A stretch of 40,935 bases of DNA from Nitrososphaerales archaeon (GTDB lineage: Archaea > Thermoproteota > Nitrososphaeria > Nitrososphaerales > JACAEJ01). The position numbers and the translations under genes were made by a program. Positions 19,618 to 27,910 of the stretch are shown here, one piece after another. Position 1 is the stretch's first letter. Each line of letters starts with the position of its first letter. The stretch is from assembly GCA_049699795.1 (NCBI GenBank), contig JBNAWJ010000023.1, forward strand, positions 1 to 40,935, written 5' to 3'. Under the pieces are notes generated by a model, which saw only the letters and a program-made list of their open reading frames with translations, was not told the DNA's origin and did not search any database.

Positions 19618-20058
19618 ATGATTGAAATGGAAGTTGCAGTAATAGCAGGCAGCAAATCCGATCAAAAGGTTTTAGATGAGGTATGTGAAATTCTAAAAGA
19701 TTTTCAAGTTAAATATGATGCCAAAATTTTGTCAGCCCATAGAAATCGTAAAGAGTTAGAAGATTACATAATGAATTCAAAAGCCAATGTATTCATAGCC
19801 ATAGCAGGATTATCTGCTCATCTACCAGGCTTCATAGCATCTATAACTACAAAGCCAGTCATCGGAGTCCCAGTCTCGGCAAAGCTTGGGGGGCTTGATG
19901 CATTATTATCGATAGTGCAAATGCCATCGAAAGTTCCAGTTGCCTGCGTTGGAATTGATAATGGTAAGAACGCTGCATTATTGGCAATAGAAATCCTTAG
20001 CATAAAGAATCCTGAACTAAAAGAGAAATTGTCTAATTATAGGCGTGGTAATTTATGA
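19618..20058 (+). CDS. purE: PurE (class I-like N5-CAIR mutase signature)
   Basis: [34 protein letters not shown]. The start is uncertain (GTG 19594, ATG 19618 or ATG 19627). Confidence 0.85.
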   Translation: MIEMEVAVIAGSKSDQKVLDEVCEILKDFQVKYDAKILSAHRNRKELEDYIMNSKANVFIAIAGLSAHLPGFIASITTKPVIGVPVSAKLGGLDALLSIVQMPSKVPVACVGIDNGKNAALLAIEILSIKNPELKEKLSNYRRGNL

Positions 20059-20894
20059 GTGAAGAAGGAAAGCTATTGAGAAAAGGCAAGGTCAAAGACA
20101 TATACGATATTGGTAATGATAGATTACTTTTTGTATTTAGCGATAGGATATCAGCCTTTGACATCATTCTTCCCTCTCTCATACCAAGTAAAGGAGAGAT
20201 ACTTTGCAAGTTCTCAGAGTTTTGGTTCAATAAGCTAAACATTCCAAATCATATGATCAAAGTCATAGACAAGAATAAAATGATAGTGAAGAAGCTTTCC
20301 ATGATTCCTATAGAATGTGTTGTCAGAGGATACTTGTATGGCAGTTTATACGATAGATTGATGAGAGGAGAAGTTCGATTAAACATCAGACCAGAACTGG
20401 CTTGTAAACTCCCAAATCCTCTTTTCGATCCTACTACAAAATCTATGGACAAGGATTTACCAATTTCTAAAAGTGAAATCTTATCAAAGAACTTGCTTAA
20501 GAAAGAAGAGTTATCGTGGATAGAAAAGACGAGTATAGAGCTTTATAACAAAATGGCTAAAAGATGTGAGGATGCTGGATTCATAATGGCAGATGTCAAG
20601 TTTGAGTTTGGTAAAGACGGTGATAAAATTCTATTGGCAGATTCTTTAGGTCCTGATGAGTTCAGGCTCTGGCCAAAGGAAAAGTATTCTGTAGGAAAGA
20701 CTCAGGAAAGCTATGACAAGCAATTGGTAAGAGATTGGTTGATAAACGTTGGCTTTAAGAAGGATTTAGATAATGCTATTAAGAAAGGTAATCCATTGCC
20801 TAAACCTCCAAAATTGCCAGATGAACTAATATCTGAAACTAAAAAGAGATACATCACAGCTTTTGAAAGAATAACTGGTTTGAAATTTAATTGA
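20055..20894 (+). CDS. purC: SAICAR synthase PurC
   Basis: [31 protein letters not shown] and DEFRLWP motifs. ATGA overlap with purE. Confidence 0.9.
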   Translation: MSEEGKLLRKGKVKDIYDIGNDRLLFVFSDRISAFDIILPSLIPSKGEILCKFSEFWFNKLNIPNHMIKVIDKNKMIVKKLSMIPIECVVRGYLYGSLYDRLMRGEVRLNIRPELACKLPNPLFDPTTKSMDKDLPISKSEILSKNLLKKEELSWIEKTSIELYNKMAKRCEDAGFIMADVKFEFGKDGDKILLADSLGPDEFRLWPKEKYSVGKTQESYDKQLVRDWLINVGFKKDLDNAIKKGNPLPKPPKLPDELISETKKRYITAFERITGLKFN

Positions 20895-20899
20895 TAAAT

Positions 20900-21943
20900 A
20901 TGAAAAGACTAACATACGCCAAGGCTGGCGTCGATCTAGATGAAGTAAGCAAAATACGCAAGGACATTGTTAGGCAACTTCATAGTACTCTAAAGCTAAG
21001 AAAAGGCAAGTTTGGAAGACCATTGATAGAGATAGGACATTATGCTGGAATGATAGATATTGGTGATAAAGCGTTAACAGTTCATGCTGATGGTGTAGGC
21101 ACAAAAGTTCTCATAGCTCAGATGATGGATAAGTACGATACAATAGGAATTGATTGCATAGCTATGAATGTCAATGACCTAATATGCTTAGGATCAGAAC
21201 CAATAGTTCTTATTGATTATCTAGCTCTTGAGAAGCCTAATAGAAAGATTGTGAAGGATATAATGAAAGGTCTTGCTAAAGGAGCAAAGGAAGCTCAGAT
21301 TTCAATAGTTGCTGGTGAGACCGCAATAATGCCAGATGTGATAAAAGGAGTTAATGGCAAAGGCTTTGATCTCGTTGGCTTATCAATCGGTGTTGTAGAT
21401 AAAGATAAAGTGATAGATGGAAAAAATCTAAAGCATGGCGATGTAGTAATAGGCATTAATAGCACAGGGATTCATTCTAATGGCTTATCTCTTGCAAGAA
21501 AAGCATTACTTCAAAAATATAGAATTGATGAATTCATACCAGAGCTTGGGAAGAGTGTTGGAGAGGAGTTATTAGCCCCAACAAGAATCTATGTCAAACC
21601 TGTTCTTGAAATATTGAAAGAATGTGAGGTTCATGGATTAGCCCATATAACTGGTGGAGCTTTTTCAAAGCTCAGAAGATTATTGCTAAAGCCAAAGGTA
21701 GGCTTCTTGCTCGATAATATGCCTGAACCTTTGCCAATATTCCGACTGATCCAAAAAGAAGGCAGCATTACTGATAAAGAAATGTATAGAACTTTTAACA
21801 TGGGCATAGGCTTCTGTGTTTGTTCACCAAAGAGTGAAGAGGATAGAATAGTTAAAATACTAGCGAAATATGGCATGGTGGCAAGAACCATAGGTAGTAT
21901 TGTCGAAAAGCCTGGAGTAATTGTGAGGGGTATTAGTTTATGA
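20900..21943 (+). CDS. purM: AIR synthase PurM
   Basis: YAKAGVD, DGVGTK, DCIAMNVNDL, GGETA, GIHSNG, HITGG and NMGIG motifs. I prefer the ATG at 20900 over the TTG at 20891. Confidence 0.9.
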   Translation: MKRLTYAKAGVDLDEVSKIRKDIVRQLHSTLKLRKGKFGRPLIEIGHYAGMIDIGDKALTVHADGVGTKVLIAQMMDKYDTIGIDCIAMNVNDLICLGSEPIVLIDYLALEKPNRKIVKDIMKGLAKGAKEAQISIVAGETAIMPDVIKGVNGKGFDLVGLSIGVVDKDKVIDGKNLKHGDVVIGINSTGIHSNGLSLARKALLQKYRIDEFIPELGKSVGEELLAPTRIYVKPVLEILKECEVHGLAHITGGAFSKLRRLLLKPKVGFLLDNMPEPLPIFRLIQKEGSITDKEMYRTFNMGIGFCVCSPKSEEDRIVKILAKYGMVARTIGSIVEKPGVIVRGISL

Positions 21944-23316
21944 TAAAAAGAGAAGAGATGCAAGAATTGGCTAAAAGGTACAGAGAGCCTGTAGAGCTCA
22001 TATTGGGTTCCCACTCTGCTTTAGATGCTGCATCAGGGGCTAGGAACTATGGATTTAGAAGAATAATCTACACAACAAAAGGGAGAGCCATCATATACTT
22101 GCAGAATCCAATATTGGGTAAAGCTGGAGAAGTGGTAGAGGATTTGCCCAAACATGCTAGAGAAGAAATGATTTGTGTATACGATCCAAAAGAATTGAAG
22201 AAAAAAGGGGATTGGAAGACAGCTTTGGTAATATTCGATGAGTACCCTGATATTTACAAGTATTTGGATGAATTTCTAGATTTGGAGTGCCTTCAAGTAC
22301 CAAACAGAGCCTTCTCTGTATACTTAGGAGGGGATGAGCGTTGTAGCAAGATAGAAAAAGAATTTTCAATACCAATAGTAGGATCAAGAAAGCTGTTGAA
22401 GATAGAGAACAGAGGAGAAATTGAGAGAGATTATTATTGGTTCGCAGAAAAAGCAGGCATACCTTACCCCAAATCCTATGATTTTGACGTTCATAGGAGG
22501 GGAATAAGGTTCAAGGAATTCATTGATGAGCCTATGGTATTGAAATGTGAGCATGCAAAGAGAGAGCTTGAAAGAGAATTCATATTCGCTTCTGACAGCA
22601 ATGATCTTGAAGAAAAAGTAAAAGCAGAGATGGAACTTGGGAATGTAAATGAGGAGGGATTAAGAAGGGCAAGAGTTGAGCAGATAGTATTAGGTCCTCA
22701 TGCCAACTTCAACTTCTTCTTATCGCCAATAGATGCAGAGGAGGAGTGGGGAGATGTTGATGATTTCTACTCTGAGCTTTACGATATGAATTTGGATAAA
22801 GCAAGATTTTGCTTAGCGAATGAATTCCTTTCTATAGATGAGAGAAGAGAAACAATTTTGGATGGTTTGAAGAGATTGCCTATAGATGTTCAACAGAAGA
22901 TAAAGAAGGTACCATCCTTTGAAGTCACATGCCATATCGCCATGAGTTTAAGAGAATCACTATTAAAAGACGTTCATAAAGTTGCCAATGCTTTCCTACT
23001 AGCAACAAAAGAGTATGAGCCTCCGGGGATAATTGGAGCTTGGTGCCTTCAAACACTGATAACTTGGGGAAAAGTTCCAGGAAAAGCCATAGAGTATGGT
23101 TTGTACGATGTTCCTCCTGGAGAGGATGTTTATGCCCATATCCCAGTAACTCAGGATGTTGCAACAAGGCATGGCGGGGGGACTAATGTTCACATGGGGA
23201 TAGGCTCTCAGTATGCGAATGCAAAACACAATAAGAGAATGAGCACTGGGGATAGAATAGCCTTAGAGATAAAAAGGGCATTGAATTTAAGAAAATTAGA
23301 TAAGATAGTCACTTGA
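21940..23316 (+). CDS. purP: Archaeal FAICAR synthetase PurP (ATP-grasp), long form (458 aa)
   Basis: N-terminal ILGSHSALDAASGARNYGF and C-terminal RHGGGTNVHMG are PurP-like. ATGA overlap with purM. It is the last gene of the pur cluster. Confidence 0.7.
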   Translation: MIKREEMQELAKRYREPVELILGSHSALDAASGARNYGFRRIIYTTKGRAIIYLQNPILGKAGEVVEDLPKHAREEMICVYDPKELKKKGDWKTALVIFDEYPDIYKYLDEFLDLECLQVPNRAFSVYLGGDERCSKIEKEFSIPIVGSRKLLKIENRGEIERDYYWFAEKAGIPYPKSYDFDVHRRGIRFKEFIDEPMVLKCEHAKRELEREFIFASDSNDLEEKVKAEMELGNVNEEGLRRARVEQIVLGPHANFNFFLSPIDAEEEWGDVDDFYSELYDMNLDKARFCLANEFLSIDERRETILDGLKRLPIDVQQKIKKVPSFEVTCHIAMSLRESLLKDVHKVANAFLLATKEYEPPGIIGAWCLQTLITWGKVPGKAIEYGLYDVPPGEDVYAHIPVTQDVATRHGGGTNVHMGIGSQYANAKHNKRMSTGDRIALEIKRALNLRKLDKIVT

Positions 23317-23383
23317 ATACTAATCCTGATATTTTTCCATAATACATTTTTAAGTAAGCGATTTTAAGTAAACTGTGATAGGA

Positions 23384-23593
23384 ATGCAACAGTATTGTGT
23401 AGAGTGTGGAGGACTGATGATATATGATATTTCTTCCAAGCATTACTCTTGCAAGAATTGTGGCTTATACATAACAAAAGAGCAGCTTATGGATTTAAAG
23501 GATAAGATTAGGAAGGAAGGAGAGGAGCGTAAGAAGAAGAGAAGAGAAGTAAGTGAGTATTTAGAATGGTGGCTATCAAAGAAGACTCGTTAA
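23384..23593 (+). CDS. Small zinc-ribbon protein with a Lys/Arg/Glu-rich C-terminal helix
   Basis: CVECGG ... CKNCG (C4) followed by KEGEERKKKRRE. I prefer the ATG at 23384 over the GTG at 23375. Confidence 0.5.
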   Translation: MQQYCVECGGLMIYDISSKHYSCKNCGLYITKEQLMDLKDKIRKEGEERKKKRREVSEYLEWWLSKKTR

Positions 23594-23608
23594 ATTAAAT
23601 ATTTTTTA

Positions 23609-23749
23609 TGCTTTGTGGCTTAATTCCGACTTTTCGTACGCTATGTTCCGATTTTCGCCCTCATGCGCGAACTATCTTTTCGAAACTCTTACTCTAAAGG
23701 ACTACAATGGAACAATAAATTCGAAATTAGTAATTAAGCCACAAAGCAA
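23609..23749 (+). repeat. Copy B (complete) of the intergenic hairpin/TIR element
   Basis: 17-bp perfect inverted termini: TGCTTTGTGGCTTAATT (23609-23625) and AATTAAGCCACAAAGCA (23732-23748). The first 51 nt are identical to the reverse complement of 1-51. It lies between convergent genes. Confidence 0.85.
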
Positions 23750-24177
23750 TTTTTTAAGAAATTTACCCCTTTTAGTAGCTTTCTTGTAGTATTTGTCATT
23801 TCTAAATCCTTCAACTCATCAGCCTTAAACCACTTAACTTGTGAGGCTTCCTTGCTACCTCTAACCTTCCCTTTTATGACTTTGACCATAAAGCCTACTA
23901 TCACATAGTGAAAGCGAACTCTACCTTTATCATCATACTCAATACTGTCAAAAACATCCACAATCTTGATTACATCTACCTTTAATCCCACCTCTTCTTC
24001 AACCTCACGCTTTATCGCATCATTTATTTTTTCACCAAGATTCACAAGCCCTCCTGGTAGAGACCATCTACCCTTGCCTGGTTCATGCTCCCTCTTTACT
24101 AAAAGAACAGAACCATTTTTTTCTATAAGAGCTCCAACTCCAACCATAGGATGCCTTGGATATTTTCTCTTCATCAT
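23734..24177 (-). CDS. Nudix hydrolase
   Basis: Nudix box GGLVNLGEKINDAIKREVEEEVGL. 147 aa. The last four codons and the stop lie inside the repeat terminus. Confidence 0.85.
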   Translation of the reverse strand: MMKRKYPRHPMVGVGALIEKNGSVLLVKREHEPGKGRWSLPGGLVNLGEKINDAIKREVEEEVGLKVDVIKIVDVFDSIEYDDKGRVRFHYVIVGFMVKVIKGKVRGSKEASQVKWFKADELKDLEMTNTTRKLLKGVNFLKNCFVA

Positions 24178-24179
24178 AA

Positions 24180-25004
24180 TTACTTCATATCCTCTTTATC
24201 TATAATCCCGCCATACTCTATTATCATAGATTTTAATTGTTCAAGGGCATCCTTAACCCTTTTCTTTACAATGGATGATTCTTCAGCCATTGCTGTCACT
24301 TGAATCTCAATCTTGGATATGCCTTCTTCATGACCTTTTGGATGCGATTTTATATACACAAAAGGATTATTTGTCAATGCTTTATCTATCAAAGGCGCTA
24401 AATCTGACTCAACAATCCCTGTAGTATGAATGCTCTCTTCATAGTAGAAATTCTTTATGACATTTTTTATCATAGGTACGATACTCTCTTTGAATATCCC
24501 TTCCATCTCTCTAGGAACTCCAGGAAGGCAGATGATCTTTATATCTCCCTCATCTATCATAACTCCAGGAGCTGTGCCTATAGGGTTTGGAAGGGCTTTG
24601 GAACCTTTTGGCAATTTAGCCATCTTCAATCTTGCTGGTGTTAAATCAACCTTCTTTATCATACCATGATGAGCCATGAACTCATACTTCTTTTCTAACA
24701 TCTTCAAGGCATCGTTATCTACAACCAGTTCTCTACTCAACGCTTTAGCTACACCTTGGAGAGTCTTATCATCATAAGTAGGTCCTAACCCTCCAGATAT
24801 TATTAACCAATTTGTACCTCTCTTCATGGATTCTTTTATAACAAATGATATATCGTCTATGTCATCTCTAACAACTGTACAGCGCTTTACAAACCCTCCT
24901 AATTCAGTTATCACCTTTGCAAGCCAATGGGCATTCGTATTCAAAATCTTTCCAACAAGGAGTTCATTACCCACTGAAATTATCTCAAAGACACCTAATT
25001 CCAA
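24180..25004 (-). CDS. CinA-like / MoCF-biosynthesis (COG1058-type) domain protein
   Basis: EIISVGNELLVGKILNTNAHWLA, SGGLGPTYDDKT and PGVPREM motifs. Separated from the Nudix gene by 2 nt. Confidence 0.75.
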   Translation of the reverse strand: MELGVFEIISVGNELLVGKILNTNAHWLAKVITELGGFVKRCTVVRDDIDDISFVIKESMKRGTNWLIISGGLGPTYDDKTLQGVAKALSRELVVDNDALKMLEKKYEFMAHHGMIKKVDLTPARLKMAKLPKGSKALPNPIGTAPGVMIDEGDIKIICLPGVPREMEGIFKESIVPMIKNVIKNFYYEESIHTTGIVESDLAPLIDKALTNNPFVYIKSHPKGHEEGISKIEIQVTAMAEESSIVKKRVKDALEQLKSMIIEYGGIIDKEDMK

Positions 25005-25175
25005 AGGTTTTAACCTCCATACTGTTTTTGTCAGTTGTGATTAAATAAGATTAGGTTAAATTAGTTTCGAATTTTTTGAAGCGGGTTAAAATCTTATTAA
25101 TAAACGTATCAAGCTGATTATTATCATAACAGTAAAGTTGATAGGTATCATAAATCAATGTTATTTGGAGGGGAT

Positions 25176-25490
25176 ATGGTGAAGAAAGAATACGTAGTTA
25201 CAGAAATTTCTGCTGCACCTGATGGAGGACCTTATGTTCTCGTTGCTCTAGTCGATCCTAGAGATTTGAAGGGTGCGTCTCAACCCCGCCCTAGTGTCGT
25301 TATGGGCTTCACATCCATGGAGGATTTGATGAAGGATTTGCAGAGAGCCCTTTCAGGTTTATCAAGGCAGATGATGGGTGGAGCAGTAACTGTGATAAAG
25401 CTTGACATGAGAGAATATGAAGAATCAGGGTTGAAAGTAGGTGACAAGGTCTACTTAGAAATTACAAAAACTGAGAAGGAAGGAGTTTAA
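25176..25490 (+). CDS. Hypothetical protein (about 104 aa)
   Basis: Clean ORF with GGAGGGG just upstream of the ATG at 25176. I recognise no family. Confidence 0.5.
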   Translation: MVKKEYVVTEISAAPDGGPYVLVALVDPRDLKGASQPRPSVVMGFTSMEDLMKDLQRALSGLSRQMMGGAVTVIKLDMREYEESGLKVGDKVYLEITKTEKEGV

Positions 25491-25588
25491 ACTCCTTTCT
25501 AAATCTAAGCTTGAGAAAAAACCACTAAACAATAAACCCCCAAATTTATCAATGCAAAAAGTTATCTTTAAGTTTAAAGTTATAATCC

Positions 25589-26374
25589 ATGACTATGCAA
25601 TTCAAAATCTACAAAGAGCCAGAGCTTAGAGATCCTTACATGGTCACAGGGCTCCCTGGTATAGGATATGTTGCCAAGCTATCAGTAGACTACCTTATCA
25701 AAGAATTGAAAGCAGAGCTATTCGAAGAGCTTTATTCATCTTCATTCCCACCTTACGTTCTAATCAAAAAGGATGGTACAGTTGAATTGTTGAAGAATGA
25801 ATTCTACTATTGGAAGGATATTAGATCAAAGAACGATCTGATAATTTTTGCTGGAAATACTCAAGCAATTTCTCCAGAGGGACAATACGAGATTTCTAAT
25901 GAAGTTTTAAACAGGGCTGAGAAGTTCAAAGTTAGAAAACTCTTCGCAACTGCAGCCTACGTAACTGGTAGATATCTCGAAAAACCGAGGGTCTATGGAG
26001 CTGCCACTGAGCCAGAACTGGTGGAAGAACTCAAAAAGTATGATGTCTTGCCTATGGATGCTGGAAGTATTAGCGGCACTAATGGATTACTATTCGGGCT
26101 TGCTAAACTTAGAGGGATTCAAAGCATTTGCCTGCTGAGTGAAACTCCGGGCTACATGACTCCATCAGGCCATGTTCTCGCTGATGTAAAAGCTGCACAG
26201 GCGCTTTTAGAAGTTTTGAGCAAAATGCTAGACATTAAGATCGATATGAAGCCTTTAGAGCAAGAGGCTAAGATGGCTGAAGATTTTGTTCAAAAAATGG
26301 AAGAGTTAGAGCGCCGCTGGGTTGAGGAAATGCGCAAATCTGTTAGTCCACCACCAAAAGACATCTACCTTTAG
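25589..26374 (+). CDS. PAC2-family proteasome assembly chaperone (PbaA/PbaB-like) with a C-terminal HbYX-like tail
   Basis: GLPGIGYVAKLSVDYLI is a PAC2 N-terminal motif. The C-terminus ends ...KDIYL (Ile-Tyr-Leu). Confidence 0.75.
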   Translation: MTMQFKIYKEPELRDPYMVTGLPGIGYVAKLSVDYLIKELKAELFEELYSSSFPPYVLIKKDGTVELLKNEFYYWKDIRSKNDLIIFAGNTQAISPEGQYEISNEVLNRAEKFKVRKLFATAAYVTGRYLEKPRVYGAATEPELVEELKKYDVLPMDAGSISGTNGLLFGLAKLRGIQSICLLSETPGYMTPSGHVLADVKAAQALLEVLSKMLDIKIDMKPLEQEAKMAEDFVQKMEELERRWVEEMRKSVSPPPKDIYL

Positions 26375-26383
26375 GGCGAAATA

Positions 26384-27082
26384 ATGAGTTGGATAAAATA
26401 CATCGAGAAGCCAGTAGTAAAAGAACCCATTGCTATTGTAGGTTCTCCTGGCTTAAGATCGGTTGGGAAGATAGTAGTAGACTATTTGATTGAAGAACTT
26501 AAACCAAGATTGGTTGCTGAATTGTATTCAAAACATTTCCCCATTCTTTACCAGACAAGGCCCTCTTATGTATCACATCCAGATTACCCTGGTCAAGCTG
26601 GCACTCTTTTAAAAGGGGGGAAAGTAGAGCTTCCGAAAGTTGAATTCCACTTATCAACTTACCCAGAATTGCTGATAACAAAAGGCTATCATGCCAATTT
26701 CAATGGACAGTATGAAGTAGCCCATAAAATTTTAGATTTTTACCAAAAGTTTGGAGTTAAGAGAATGATAGTAACTGCAGGCTATGGAAGAGAAGGAAAA
26801 GATGTTTGCTGTGCTGCTACCGATTTGGAGCTGATAAAAGAGCTGAAGAAATACGATATTGATATTGGATACGAAGGTCCTTTCTATGGTTTTTCAGGAC
26901 TTGTTTTTGGTCTAGGAATGCTAAGAGAAATTAAAGGCATATGCCTATTTGGTAAAACCCAGCCAAGCCTTGAAGACCCAGAATATCCAGATCCGAAAGC
27001 AGCAAAAGCAGTTTTGGAAATACTCAGTAGAATGTTAAACCTTACCGTCGACCTATCAAAATTAGAAAAAAGAGCAGAGTAG
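26384..27082 (+). CDS. PAC2-family proteasome assembly chaperone paralog (no HbYX tail)
   Basis: GSPGLRSVGKIVVDYLI motif. It aligns by eye with the upstream paralog and ends ...LEKRAE. Confidence 0.7.
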   Translation: MSWIKYIEKPVVKEPIAIVGSPGLRSVGKIVVDYLIEELKPRLVAELYSKHFPILYQTRPSYVSHPDYPGQAGTLLKGGKVELPKVEFHLSTYPELLITKGYHANFNGQYEVAHKILDFYQKFGVKRMIVTAGYGREGKDVCCAATDLELIKELKKYDIDIGYEGPFYGFSGLVFGLGMLREIKGICLFGKTQPSLEDPEYPDPKAAKAVLEILSRMLNLTVDLSKLEKRAE

Positions 27083-27126
27083 CAAACAAAAATTCTTAAA
27101 CGATTCTTAATTAATTTGATGTTATC

Positions 27127-27885
27127 ATGTTTGTGATCTTTATAGTGGGAACTGCTGGTTCAGGCAAATCTCTTCTAACATCAACTCTAGTCTCATGGTA
27201 TACTGAAAAGGGCTCTAATGCTATTGCTGTTAACCTTGATCCAGGGGCTTTGGAACTTCCTTATACGCCTGATGTTGACGTGAGAAATTATATCGACCTT
27301 CAGACAATAATGGAGTCTTATGAATTAGGGCCTAATGGAGCGTTAATCCTTGCTTCTGATCTCATAGCTACAAAGCTCAACGACCTTCAGGATGAGATAG
27401 ATGAATTTAGGCCAGATTATGTAATCGTTGATACGCCAGGTCAAGTGGAGCTCTTTGCCTATAGAAATAGCGGTCCTTTCATAGTTAATAATTTAAAATG
27501 TGATGGTAGAGCGATCCTCTTTTTATTCGATGCTTTACTTGTTTCGACTCCCATGAACTTCGTTTCTATAGCGCTCTTGGCAACCTCTGTTCAGCTAAGA
27601 CTAAGATCAGCACAAATATCCGTTCTTACAAAAAGAGATATGATAGGAAAGCAAGTAGGGAAGATAATGAAATGGTCAGCGAGTTCTGTTGCTCTTGAGG
27701 AATCTATAAGAGAAGGAGAGGATGATTCTCAATACTTATTGAGTAGTGGGATTCTACATAAGTTGGTGGAGCTTGGTTTTGCTCATGAACTAATACCTAT
27801 ATCGTCTGTTACTCATGAGGGGATGGTTGAGCTTTCAGCAACGTTAGCAAACATTTTTCGTGGGGGGGAAGAGGTTGATGGATAA
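27127..27885 (+). CDS. GPN-loop GTPase
   Basis: P-loop GTAGSGKS, GPN motif (LGPNGA), DTPGQVE, TKRD. Confidence 0.85.
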   Translation: MFVIFIVGTAGSGKSLLTSTLVSWYTEKGSNAIAVNLDPGALELPYTPDVDVRNYIDLQTIMESYELGPNGALILASDLIATKLNDLQDEIDEFRPDYVIVDTPGQVELFAYRNSGPFIVNNLKCDGRAILFLFDALLVSTPMNFVSIALLATSVQLRLRSAQISVLTKRDMIGKQVGKIMKWSASSVALEESIREGEDDSQYLLSSGILHKLVELGFAHELIPISSVTHEGMVELSATLANIFRGGEEVDG

Positions 27886-27910
27886 TTCCCAATCAAGAGG
27901 TTAATGGATA

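Noticed and set aside
19443-20452. ORFs 19443..19625 (+), 19818..20003 (-), 20033..20242 (-) and 20249..20452 (-)
   Set aside because: They are alternative-frame or antisense ORFs inside purD, purE and purC.
21631-23229. Minus-strand ORFs 21631..22014, 22157..22387, 22925..23167 and 22999..23229
   Set aside because: They are antisense within purM and purP.
1-23659. Composite transposon or mobile island bounded by the inverted copies A and B
   Set aside because: The cargo is core housekeeping (Hsp70 system, ppsA, rRNA maturation factors, purine biosynthesis). There is no transposase, integrase or other mobility gene. The repeats are better seen as independent insertions of a small element, although inversion by recombination remains possible.
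23643-23789. Short ORFs starting inside the repeat elements: copy B MFRFSPSCANYLF... (48 aa from 23643) and copy C MLRFFGSIMDMAQEINMNSSIKP (23 aa from 38218)
   Set aside because: Both begin M-x-R-F-x-x-S and both read I-K-P across the right terminus, which comes from the shared nucleotide block. Their lengths differ twofold, there is no SD, and the copy B frame runs antisense into the Nudix gene. Conservation at the nucleotide or structure level explains the similarity better than coding does.
23966-25044. Plus-strand ORFs 23966..24205, 24426..24644, 24457..24669 and 24826..25044
   Set aside because: They are antisense within the Nudix and CinA-like genes.
25040-25105. Inverted repeat TAAATAAGATT / AATCTTATTAA in the divergent cinA-like / hypothetical-gene promoter
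   Set aside because: It is short, imperfect and purely A/T-rich, so I cannot tell it from chance without comparative data.
26499-26681. Minus-strand 60-aa ORF
   Set aside because: It is antisense within the second PAC2 paralog.
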